A DNA stretch of 51,735 nucleotides from Deltaproteobacteria bacterium (GTDB lineage: Bacteria > Desulfobacterota > DSM-4660 > Desulfatiglandales > HGW-15). Each line of letters opens with the position of its first letter. Position 1 is the first letter of the stretch. The notes under the pieces are model-generated. The model worked only from the letters and a program-made list of their open reading frames with translations. It did no database searches and had not been told where the DNA came from. The stretch covers positions 1 to 51,735 of the forward strand of contig JARRRH010000001.1 of assembly GCA_037380925.1 (NCBI GenBank), read 5' to 3'. Below are positions 26,591 through 35,014 of the stretch, piece after piece. The position numbers and the translations under genes are program-made.

Positions 26591-27493
26591 ATGACTTACA
26601 CAAGAGTTGATCTTACCCAATACGTTGTCATTTCTATTTGTTTTAGTTGTAACAACGACTGCAGCATCTGTATGCTGTCGGGGCTTAAAAGAAAGTTTCC
26701 TGCCATAGGCTTCGACCGTTTCAAGAAAGTGATCATCGATATTGTGAATAGCGGCAGGTTCGAGAATCTGATCCTTTCAGGAGCAGAGGTGACGACCTTT
26801 AACGATCTGGACAAGTATGTCCAATTCGCCGCTTCTCTTGGATGGTTCAAGAAAATACAAGTACAGACAAACGGCAGAAGACTCAGTGAAAAAGGATATC
26901 TGAGGCATCTGATTGATGGTGGCGTCAATGAGTTCTTCATCAGCATCCACGGCCTTGACGACGTTCATGATGCGATCACGCGCATGCGAGGGTCCTTCAA
27001 AGAGACGAGGGAAGGCCTTAAAAACCTTGAAGCCTTTGACGTTAATGTGATCAGCAACACGGTTCTGACAAAAACCAATCTTCACGATATGGCTCGCCTC
27101 ATGACCTTTTTGTCCAATGAAAGGATCAGCGAGATTCAGTTGTGGAACTTCTTCCCTATGGAGAGAACGGACACCAAAGATCTTGTGGTAAGCATGAAGG
27201 ATTTCACGGAAGTTCTCCCCGAAATACTTTCCATTGTAAAGAGAGCCGGTAAGCCCTTGGTTTTGAAAAGTTTTCCCGAGTGTCTTTCTATGGGGGAGCC
27301 TGGGTTCTTCGACAGCTTGTTTCCGGTGACCGTGCTTCCAGATGTTTTTTGGAGAAAATTCAGCGAAAGCGGGTTCGGAACGTGTATTTACAGGCAGAGA
27401 GAGGAGTGCAAGGCTTGGAAATGCTGGGGTCTCTCCAGTGCCTATGTTCAGAAATACGGAGATGAAAGAAATCTCCTGAAGCCTATGATGTGA
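26591..27493 (+). CDS. Radical SAM protein (300 aa, single core, Cys-rich C-terminus)
   Basis: CNNDCSIC (CxxxCxxC) near the N-terminus, followed by LILSGAEVT and QVQTNG strands typical of the radical SAM half-barrel. C-terminal CIYRQREECKAWKCWG. Confidence 0.85.
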   Translation: MTYTRVDLTQYVVISICFSCNNDCSICMLSGLKRKFPAIGFDRFKKVIIDIVNSGRFENLILSGAEVTTFNDLDKYVQFAASLGWFKKIQVQTNGRRLSEKGYLRHLIDGGVNEFFISIHGLDDVHDAITRMRGSFKETREGLKNLEAFDVNVISNTVLTKTNLHDMARLMTFLSNERISEIQLWNFFPMERTDTKDLVVSMKDFTEVLPEILSIVKRAGKPLVLKSFPECLSMGEPGFFDSLFPVTVLPDVFWRKFSESGFGTCIYRQREECKAWKCWGLSSAYVQKYGDERNLLKPMM

Positions 27494-28362
27494 GAAAGAC
27501 CATGGACGGATTGGAATACATGACCGCTCAGGATGTCTTCTTTGATTTCTGCTTGTGGGAATACACCCCTCTAGCGCCCTGGGAAAACAAATTCAGCTCC
27601 TCAACCCTGCTTTTTCACTCCTTTAAAGTCGCCGGTCTCGATGAGCGGATTTTCGATCTTATCCAAGCGATCCGTAAAGGGATCGGTCTTTCACGCACAG
27701 TGTGGGGAGTCAAGCAGTTAGGAGACGATATCCGATGGGAATTCTACTTTTATGATTACAGGAGAAGAGAAAGGGAGAGGTCCATTACGAAAGTCCTGGA
27801 AATCATGCGGCCTTTTGTCCGCTGTGGGATGAAAGTCAATGAAAATTACCACTATTTCATGTTCTCTATCGATATTAGCGGCGATCTTTTTGCAAAAGCC
27901 ACGGAATTAGAAGAGATCCATATGTACATCGGCAACGTCGGCAGCACCGTTTCATCAGGAATCTGTTACTCCTTAAAAAATGAGGGGACAAGGCTTGAAA
28001 ATTTTTACTTCTTTTTTGATGCGAAAACACAGGGGGATGAGATCTTAGGTAAGGTCGTTAGTTCTGCCTATATTGACACAACCGTAATAAAAATCGATCA
28101 AATTCTCTGGCCTGAAATGAGAGACTGCAAGGTCATCGTGGTGGCCAACAAGCAGAGTAATGACGCCGTCTATTTTTCAAGAATCAATGTGGATCAGCTG
28201 ATCTTTTTCCTCAACAGGATGAACTATCCAAATGAGCTTATCTCTTTCATAGAGAAAAACAGGGCCAAGCTGGACCACCTGCAATATGACGTCGGTTATG
28301 ACTACAAGATGGACGGAAAAGATTTAATGATTCTGAAAAGCGGCTACTATGGGATTTTTTGA
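27490..28362 (+). CDS. Uncharacterised protein, distant paralog of the C-terminal domain of the 25344 gene
   Basis: GTG start overlaps the preceding stop (GTGA at 27490-27493); alternative ATG at 27502. By-eye collinear similarity to gene 25344: VWGVKQLGDDIRWEFYFYDY vs VHFGFEEDEKSYIYKAYLEF; ...DGKDLMILKSGYYGIF vs ...EGKDFLTVYYGVEGH. Confidence 0.7.
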   Translation: MRKTMDGLEYMTAQDVFFDFCLWEYTPLAPWENKFSSSTLLFHSFKVAGLDERIFDLIQAIRKGIGLSRTVWGVKQLGDDIRWEFYFYDYRRRERERSITKVLEIMRPFVRCGMKVNENYHYFMFSIDISGDLFAKATELEEIHMYIGNVGSTVSSGICYSLKNEGTRLENFYFFFDAKTQGDEILGKVVSSAYIDTTVIKIDQILWPEMRDCKVIVVANKQSNDAVYFSRINVDQLIFFLNRMNYPNELISFIEKNRAKLDHLQYDVGYDYKMDGKDLMILKSGYYGIF

Positions 28363-28394
28363 ATGACTGCTGGAAATGACCTTCGAGAGTAACG

Positions 28395-29507
28395 ATGATC
28401 ATCAGCATATACAACCTCCACAATATGTGTGAAAATAATACTTTTTTCCTCTCCAGAGCCTGGCGCTACTTTGAGCTCAACGGCCACACGGTCACGGATG
28501 CAGGGGATGAAGTTGACCTGGTTTTCATCGGCGGTTGTGCAGTCACGGACCTGATGCGTTCGCGGTGCGAAGACACTATCCTGAAAAGGATACAACAACT
28601 CCAGCAGGCATACTTTGTGATCTTCGGATGCCTGGCAGCCTTCCCGGAGGGATTCCGATCGATAACTGGCCGGAATGCTGATCGCCTTCGCCTTATTCCT
28701 TACCAGGACAGCGGTGAACTGGACGAACTGATTAAGGCACGGATCCCCTTTGACATGGTCAATATTAGTCGGCTGAAAGGACACGTACCCTACCAACCCC
28801 GGGTGGGGCCGGACGATTTCTATGTGCTGATCGCCCAGGGCTGCGTTAATAATTGCAGTTACTGCAACATAAAAAGGGCCAAGGGAAACGTGGTGAGCCG
28901 TTCGGAAGAAGCCATCGAGGGTGAGGTGAGGGAGTTATACTCTCTTGGAATCCGGACCGTGACGCTTTTGGGTGACGACTGCGGCTCGTATGGTCTCGAT
29001 CGCGGCTCGACCCTGCCGAAGTTGATCACGCAGCTCAGCAGGGTGGGGCCCGAGCTGCGGTACAAACTCTACACGGTTTTCCCTCCCCTTTTCCTACAAT
29101 ACGCCGCACAACTGGAGCCGTTCTTTGCACAGCGCCGCGTGCCGTATGTGTGCCTTCCAGTACAGTCAGCAGCCCCTCGGGTTCTGGACCTGATGAATCG
29201 GCACTACGATCCTGACCAGCTGGCAGGGGTGATCGCTCGTCTCAGGTGTCTGGATCCCGAGGTCTTTGTCTACTCCCATTTCATCTTTAACTTTCCGACG
29301 GAAACCTGGGGCGAATTCGAGCAGAGCATTGCTTTCGCACGGCACTTTGACCACTGTGTATTCATCGGCTACGGCGAAAATAGCTCGACGCGGGCAGCAG
29401 CGCTTACCCCGAAATGCAGCAACCATGAATTAGAGGACAAGGCGCGGCGACTTGAGGAGTTGGTCGAGCGGGGTGAGTTAAGGGCCTTCGTGGTGCCGTG
29501 CCCTTGA
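28395..29507 (+). CDS. MiaB/RimO-family methylthiotransferase-like radical SAM protein without a TRAM domain
   Basis: N-terminal three-Cys domain (NMCENN ... GGCAVTD ... FGCLAAF). Radical SAM core IAQGCVNNCSYCNIKRAKGNVVSRS...TLLGDDCGSYG. The protein ends soon after the core, leaving no room for a TRAM fold. Confidence 0.8.
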   Translation: MIISIYNLHNMCENNTFFLSRAWRYFELNGHTVTDAGDEVDLVFIGGCAVTDLMRSRCEDTILKRIQQLQQAYFVIFGCLAAFPEGFRSITGRNADRLRLIPYQDSGELDELIKARIPFDMVNISRLKGHVPYQPRVGPDDFYVLIAQGCVNNCSYCNIKRAKGNVVSRSEEAIEGEVRELYSLGIRTVTLLGDDCGSYGLDRGSTLPKLITQLSRVGPELRYKLYTVFPPLFLQYAAQLEPFFAQRRVPYVCLPVQSAAPRVLDLMNRHYDPDQLAGVIARLRCLDPEVFVYSHFIFNFPTETWGEFEQSIAFARHFDHCVFIGYGENSSTRAAALTPKCSNHELEDKARRLEELVERGELRAFVVPCP

Positions 29508-29566
29508 TCCCGGGATCGGGCTGGCCGTACACGCGTTTGGGGCTCAGGCCAAAACAGACGTGGTGA

Positions 29567-30748
29567 ATGAAAATGTTACCCAGCACACACGACTTTCAGC
29601 ATGGGATGATTTCCATTTTAAATGCGAGCAAACGGTGCGAGCCCAGCGCCTTTTTGTTCACGAAAGCGGTGAGGTTTTTTCTGGTGAACGGGTATGGCAT
29701 AGGGAACAATATCGACCAGAGCGAGATAATCCTGGTGAACACATGCTGCGTTACGGAAGACAAAATAGCAGCCTCCAGGGAGGCTCTCGACTGCGCCAGA
29801 AACCAAGGGAATGGAAAGCGGGTTGTCCTGTTCGGCTGTATGGCCAGTCTCCCTCTTCCGGGATTGGAACGGGAGTATCTGATCTGCATCGGCCCCAAGA
29901 ATCTGGACGCGCTGGATACTCATTTCCCGCACCATACGTCGGTCAATGATATCCCTGTCAATCAACTGTCCCCGCAGCTCTACGAACCAGGACAGGGACT
30001 CGGATACGGAGACTACTTTGTGCTGATTGCCCAGGGCTGCTCTAACCAGTGCTCCTACTGCAACATTAAGCGGTGCAAAGGAGAGGTGAGAAGCGAACCT
30101 GCCGAAAGGATCCTTCCGCAGATCCGGAGAGGCCTTTCCCTGGGGGTGCAGGAATTTGCCCTTTTGGCTGATGACTGTGCGAGCTATGGTCGTGATCTTG
30201 GGACCGACCTCGTGCAGCTCATTGAACAATTGTTCACCTCAAAACCCGATTTCGGTCTGAAACTGGGGTATGTTTATCCGCAATTTATCCTGAGGCATTT
30301 CACCAGGTTGAAGAAAATCTTCGGAACCGGACGGATCAGGTACCTCAACATTCCGGTGCAGTCAGGCTCACAAAGAATCCTGGATCTCATGAACCGGCGT
30401 TATTCCATCGACAGAGTAATGGAAGCCGTCCGGGAGTTGCACGAGGTGGCACCACGCACGACCTTCTGCACGCACATCATGATCAACTTTCCGACCGAGT
30501 CCCATGACGATTTTCTTAAATCCCTCGCGGTTGCAGATGGCTTCGACGAGGTGCTCTTCCTGCATTACTCGGACAATCAGGACACCGCCGCTGCCCGCAT
30601 CCTCCCTAAAGTGTCTGAGCCAGAGGTCCGCAGGCGGCTGGACATGGCTTCCCATTACGCGAATCATTGGAGGCGGGGGCAAAGCGCCGTCATCAAAGAT
30701 TTCAACTGTGATATCCCCTACAACATGCTTAGAACCATCGAAGGATAG
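29567..30748 (+). CDS. Second MiaB/RimO-family methylthiotransferase-like radical SAM protein without a TRAM domain
   Basis: KRCEPS ... NTCCVTED ... FGCMASL, then IAQGCSNQCSYCNIKRCKGEVRSE...LLADDCASYG. Paralog of the preceding gene. By alignment to that paralog, ATG 29606 (MISILNASKRCE) may be the true start. Confidence 0.8.
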   Translation: MKMLPSTHDFQHGMISILNASKRCEPSAFLFTKAVRFFLVNGYGIGNNIDQSEIILVNTCCVTEDKIAASREALDCARNQGNGKRVVLFGCMASLPLPGLEREYLICIGPKNLDALDTHFPHHTSVNDIPVNQLSPQLYEPGQGLGYGDYFVLIAQGCSNQCSYCNIKRCKGEVRSEPAERILPQIRRGLSLGVQEFALLADDCASYGRDLGTDLVQLIEQLFTSKPDFGLKLGYVYPQFILRHFTRLKKIFGTGRIRYLNIPVQSGSQRILDLMNRRYSIDRVMEAVRELHEVAPRTTFCTHIMINFPTESHDDFLKSLAVADGFDEVLFLHYSDNQDTAAARILPKVSEPEVRRRLDMASHYANHWRRGQSAVIKDFNCDIPYNMLRTIEG

Positions 30749-30751
30749 AAC

Positions 30752-32287
30752 ATGGCCCTGCCTCTGATAAAGGTCGTGCAGTTAACAGTAACAAACAGGT
30801 GCCAATGCAATTGTCAGCACTGTGGTGTCTCAAAGCTCCGACAAACGATCAAGGGCGAACTCACATTGAAGCAGATCGATTTACTATTTCGGGACTTCAA
30901 GCTTGCCGGATGCCTGGTCGTTGATTTATTCGGCGGCGAGCCCACGTTGCGTCAAGACCTCTTCGAAATCATCGAGCTTGGGAAATTCTATGGGTTCATC
31001 GTGTCGTTGGAAACGAACGGATATGTCGTGGATCACGCGTACATGGAACGGCTCGCTGCAGCAGGACTGGACCTGATTTATCTAAGCCTGGATGATTACC
31101 GGGCAGAGATCCATGACAGAATACGAAGGAAGAAGGGAAGCTTTGAGAGGGCTGTCCGTGCCCTGGAGCTTGGAGCAAAGACGGATATCGTCATGCACGT
31201 CTCGACGGTTCCTCAGACGCGCGAGTATTTCACCAATGGAAATATCAATCGGTTCATGGAGTTTGTGCTGGAGCACGGCGCGGAGCAGGTGCGTCTCCTG
31301 CTGCCCCGATTTGTCGGCCATTCGATTCGTGAGGGATGTGGTCCTCTGGGTGCCGGTGAAGAGAGGGAGCTCTTTTCCTATGTCTCCGCGGGCTATTACG
31401 ATTACATGTACGTGCATACCCCGGGGACGCCCCTTGGGGAGACTAATGTGTGCACGGCCAAGCAGGTCTTCTGTCACGTCATGAGTAACGGCTGGGTTGC
31501 GCCTTGCCCTTATTTTCCGCTGGTTTTCGGGGATGCAACGCGGGAATCGATCGTTGATATCTTTGAGCGTATCCAGGGACATCCTCTGGTGCGGCTTGGC
31601 GGCGACTATTGTCCTATGAGGAATGAGGAGTACATCAACACCCATATCCGAAAGTTGGGGCTCGATCGACCGTTTTTCCCTATTACGGTCGACAACCAGA
31701 TCAATCTCGGCGCTCCGTGCGGGGCGAGATGCCCGGGATGCGCTCACGGAGTGCGATCGGTTCCGAGGTCCGCTGACGAAATTGTTCGAGAGATAAGGGA
31801 GGTACCGTCAGAGTATAGGCGCCTAGAATTCTATGGGGGGGACGCATTCCTGCGGGATGACCTGTTTGCCATCCTCGACCACGTTTCTGCAGCAAAAAAT
31901 ATTACTTTGTGGTCGGCGTGCAGCCAAATGCCGAAAGACCGAGCTTTCATGGACCGCTTGCGATCCTATCGCATTGAGGCTATCAAGGTTCCTTTGCCTT
32001 TTCAGCCCATCGGTGACATTGGGCGCTCCGATCCCGGTAATGGGTTTAGAGAGGCATTGCAAGGAGCGTCCTCAATGAGTAGGTGGGGGTTTCCCATCCA
32101 CCTCTATGTACCGATGATTCGTATGGCAGAATTTCACGCGGCTTTTGCGACGAGCGTTCATGAGTTGGGCGCGGAAAGGCTATACGGTTTCGCAAGAGAC
32201 CTTGAACACCCCTTAGCCAATTCCGTCGCCTGCTTTGGCAGAGAACTGGAGCGTGTGCGGCTCTTATGGGCACGAGAAGCGACCTAA
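30752..32287 (+). CDS. Radical SAM protein with two tandem CxxxCxxC cores and a SPASM/twitch-like Cys cluster (511 aa)
   Basis: Core 1: NRCQCNCQHCG (30800-30823) then DLFGGEPTL. SPASM-like CTAKQVFCHVMSNGWVAPCPYFPLVFGD...YCPM. Core 2: PCGARCPGCAHG (31718-31741) then EFYGGDAFL. The two halves align to each other. Confidence 0.85.
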   Translation: MALPLIKVVQLTVTNRCQCNCQHCGVSKLRQTIKGELTLKQIDLLFRDFKLAGCLVVDLFGGEPTLRQDLFEIIELGKFYGFIVSLETNGYVVDHAYMERLAAAGLDLIYLSLDDYRAEIHDRIRRKKGSFERAVRALELGAKTDIVMHVSTVPQTREYFTNGNINRFMEFVLEHGAEQVRLLLPRFVGHSIREGCGPLGAGEERELFSYVSAGYYDYMYVHTPGTPLGETNVCTAKQVFCHVMSNGWVAPCPYFPLVFGDATRESIVDIFERIQGHPLVRLGGDYCPMRNEEYINTHIRKLGLDRPFFPITVDNQINLGAPCGARCPGCAHGVRSVPRSADEIVREIREVPSEYRRLEFYGGDAFLRDDLFAILDHVSAAKNITLWSACSQMPKDRAFMDRLRSYRIEAIKVPLPFQPIGDIGRSDPGNGFREALQGASSMSRWGFPIHLYVPMIRMAEFHAAFATSVHELGAERLYGFARDLEHPLANSVACFGRELERVRLLWAREAT

Positions 32288-32306
32288 ACCGGAAGGAAGC
32301 ACCAGG

Positions 32307-33542
32307 GTGAATTTCAATAAGAATCGGGTATTGCTACTTTATCCCGCTGCAGAGACAGTGCAATGGAACCTTATCCCGTTGTCGTTGCTCTACGTGGCTC
32401 AACCTCTTATCGAAGAGGGTATAAATGTGGAGATCATTGATCAAAGGCTTGAAAGAGATTTTTTTGGAAGAGTGCATCAACGAATCACTCCAGATCTTAT
32501 ATGTATCGGAATTAGCTGCATTACCGGGCCTCAAATAGAGCAGGTCATTAGGATCTCTGAATTCATCAGGAAGGTTACAAACACTCCTATCGTGCTTGGA
32601 GGACCCCATCCCACTCTCTTGCCCGAACAGACGCTCGAGTCTGGACTTGTCGATTATGTTGTGATCAGTAAAGGTGAAGTACCTTTTTTGAACCTTGTAA
32701 GAGCGCTGAAAATGAATGGATCTGCTCAGAGAGTTCCCCAGGTGGGGTACAAGGAAAACGGAAAAATTGTTATCCATAAAGGCCACGTGCCGGAAATCAT
32801 TGTTCGCAGAATACCCTACCACCTCGTCTCCCGGTACGGGAGACCTTCGACCGTTCCCATCATCTCTTCCTACGGGTGTCCATACCATTGCTCGTTTTGT
32901 GTGGAAAAGGTCTTACATCCGACCTACTATGAAATACCGATCCGTGATGTCTTGTTCATGGTCGAGGAAGCCCTAAGCCTAGGTCCAGAGTTCATAGACT
33001 TTATTGATGATAATTTTCTCCTAAACAGTAAAAGGGTGATTGAACTTTTTTCTTCCTGCCAGGGGAAAGGCCTCGACTTCCGTTGGTTATGTACGGGCAG
33101 GGTGGATGGGGTTTCAAGTCTGGATGACGAAACCTTGAGGTTTTTGAGAAAAAGGGGTTTGGTATGTATCTATTTCGGAATAGAATCTGGTTCTAAAAAG
33201 ATATTGAAATTGATTAATAAAAGGATAACGCCGGAGATGGTTCTAAGGCTCAATTTGAGACTGAGAAAAGAGGGGATCATCCCACACTACAGTTTTATGG
33301 CTGGGTTCCCAACGGAGACGGGAGAGGATATCGGAAAGACGATAGGATTAATGAATCGGCTGAAAGAGGAAAACCCCGAAGCCGTGATTTGGAAGATCAA
33401 CCAGTATACTCCTTATCCTGGCACCGAATTGTTCGACCTCGCCATCCAAAACGGTTTTAAGCCTCCTGAGAAATTCGAGGAATGGAGTCATATCCATTTT
33501 TATTCTAAACACCATGCGGGGCCATACGACCTGCACTACTAG
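32307..33542 (+). CDS. B12-binding-domain radical SAM protein (class B type)
   Basis: GTG 32307 follows GGAAGGAAG, 19 nt after the previous stop; the tracked ORF start at 32235 overlaps the upstream gene. Rossmann-like B12 domain (VLLLYPA..., ICIGISCITGPQ, PIVLGGPHPT), then SSYGCPYHCSFCVE. Confidence 0.8.
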   Translation: MNFNKNRVLLLYPAAETVQWNLIPLSLLYVAQPLIEEGINVEIIDQRLERDFFGRVHQRITPDLICIGISCITGPQIEQVIRISEFIRKVTNTPIVLGGPHPTLLPEQTLESGLVDYVVISKGEVPFLNLVRALKMNGSAQRVPQVGYKENGKIVIHKGHVPEIIVRRIPYHLVSRYGRPSTVPIISSYGCPYHCSFCVEKVLHPTYYEIPIRDVLFMVEEALSLGPEFIDFIDDNFLLNSKRVIELFSSCQGKGLDFRWLCTGRVDGVSSLDDETLRFLRKRGLVCIYFGIESGSKKILKLINKRITPEMVLRLNLRLRKEGIIPHYSFMAGFPTETGEDIGKTIGLMNRLKEENPEAVIWKINQYTPYPGTELFDLAIQNGFKPPEKFEEWSHIHFYSKHHAGPYDLHY

Positions 33543-33661
33543 TAAAAATGCATTAAATCACGTGAGACGGGCCCCTCTCCACCTTTCGCGTTGACCAGGA
33601 GAGAGGAAAGCACTAAATCTCATGTGCTTCTGCAAACAAGAATAGATCAGAAAAGGTTCAT

Positions 33662-35014
33662 ATGGCTTCGGGGAATCATCAACGGAAGAACCAAGGCAAA
33701 GAGTTTGATTATCTCTGCGTGGATGACTTTATTAAGAACCTCTTTGATGCCCGAGCCCTAGCGACTGCATTTGAAATACGGCTTATCGACTCCCTTCTTC
33801 AGGACAAACATGCCACGGTTGATTCCCTAACAGTACAATTGGGCATGGACAGCCGTGGAATGCGCTTACTTCTTGACCTTCTCCTTGCCAATCGCGTGGT
33901 CGAAAATAAGAATGGCGACCTGAGTCTCACAGAAGAGTTTGCTCATGCGCTACAATTTCGTGAGCTGTTAGAGTTGAAACTCATCATGACAAATTTCGCC
34001 GCCCATGACCTCTTGGATTACTTTAGTGAATTGGTGAGTCGCCCTGAGCAATTTGTGAACAAAGCCCGCTTTTTCAAATTATTTTCTTATAATAGATGTT
34101 TTGACTATAGCCAGGAGAATTACGAGCTGACCAAACGGTGGATGCGGATTACGACCGTCTTGACCAAATACGAGGCGCAGGCATGTATCAAATACCACGA
34201 CTTCAGCCGATACAGACGTATTTTGGACATCGGAGGAAACAGTGGCGAATTTGTCCGCCAGATTTGCAAGATATACCCGAGGGTTTCAGCTACGGTTTTT
34301 GACCTCCCTCTTGTTTGCGATATCGGGCTGGAGCATATCCGGTCCGAATCCGAAGCGGATAGGATAACATTTATTAAGGGAAACGCATTAACCGATCCTT
34401 TGCCGGAGGGTTTTGATCTGATCACCTTTAAATCCATGCTCCATGATTGGCCGGAAAGAGAGGCAAAGAAGTTCATGGAAAAAGCGATCCACTCTTTAGC
34501 GTCTGGAGGAACATTGCTGATTTTCGAGAGGGGTCCGATTGAAATTGGTGAGACTCCATTCCCGTATTCAATGATTCCATTCCTTGTTTTCTTCCATTCT
34601 TTCCGATCACCGGTAATATACGAAGAGCAGCTTGAAATGGACCACGCGACGTCATACATGGCGAAAGATAGCAAAGATAACAGCAGTGAGAAGTCCGGCA
34701 TGAGCAGCAGCGCCGCACAGGTCGGCGATCAGGTGAGAATCCGCTGGGACGGTTCCAACATGAGGAGCGCTTATGCCAACGTTTTCAATGTCACCGCTGC
34801 GAGGGAGGAAGTTGTCCTTTTGTTTGGGATGAACCAAGCCTTTGATGCGGGCCAGAAAGAACTCAAGGTCCAGCTCTCCGACCGAATCGTCCTGAGCCCG
34901 TTCACAGCCAAACGGATGCTTACCGTGCTAAACAATGTCATGAAGGACTACGAGTCGAAATACGGCCCCCTTGACGTGCAACCCTCTCAACCAACGGACT
35001 CTTCGTTACAATAG
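33662..35014 (+). CDS. Class I SAM-dependent O-methyltransferase (family-2 type with N-terminal winged-helix dimerisation region) fused to a C-terminal DUF3467-like module
   Basis: SAM motif RILDIGGNSGEF, then ATVFDLP, ITFIKGNAL, DLITFKSMLHDWPE and GGTLLIFE. C-terminal residues (34730-34978) QVRIRWDGSNMRSAYANVFNVTAAREEVVLLFGMNQ...RIVLSPFTAKRMLTVLNNVMKDYESKYGPL closely match the N-terminus of gene 25344. Confidence 0.8.
   Translation: MASGNHQRKNQGKEFDYLCVDDFIKNLFDARALATAFEIRLIDSLLQDKHATVDSLTVQLGMDSRGMRLLLDLLLANRVVENKNGDLSLTEEFAHALQFRELLELKLIMTNFAAHDLLDYFSELVSRPEQFVNKARFFKLFSYNRCFDYSQENYELTKRWMRITTVLTKYEAQACIKYHDFSRYRRILDIGGNSGEFVRQICKIYPRVSATVFDLPLVCDIGLEHIRSESEADRITFIKGNALTDPLPEGFDLITFKSMLHDWPEREAKKFMEKAIHSLASGGTLLIFERGPIEIGETPFPYSMIPFLVFFHSFRSPVIYEEQLEMDHATSYMAKDSKDNSSEKSGMSSSAAQVGDQVRIRWDGSNMRSAYANVFNVTAAREEVVLLFGMNQAFDAGQKELKVQLSDRIVLSPFTAKRMLTVLNNVMKDYESKYGPLDVQPSQPTDSSLQ

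Noticed and set aside
26569-26610. 13-codon mini-ORF (MLIVKEEHDLHKS) as a possible precursor peptide for the rSAM operon
   Set aside because: It overlaps the start of the first radical SAM gene out of frame, has no Shine-Dalgarno sequence, and has no Cys/Ser/Thr-rich core.
33622-33645. 7-codon mini-ORF (MCFCKQE) in the spacer before the methyltransferase gene
   Set aside because: The two Cys are tempting for a rSAM cluster, but at 7 aa with no RBS and no leader region it is far below any precursor I could defend from sequence alone.
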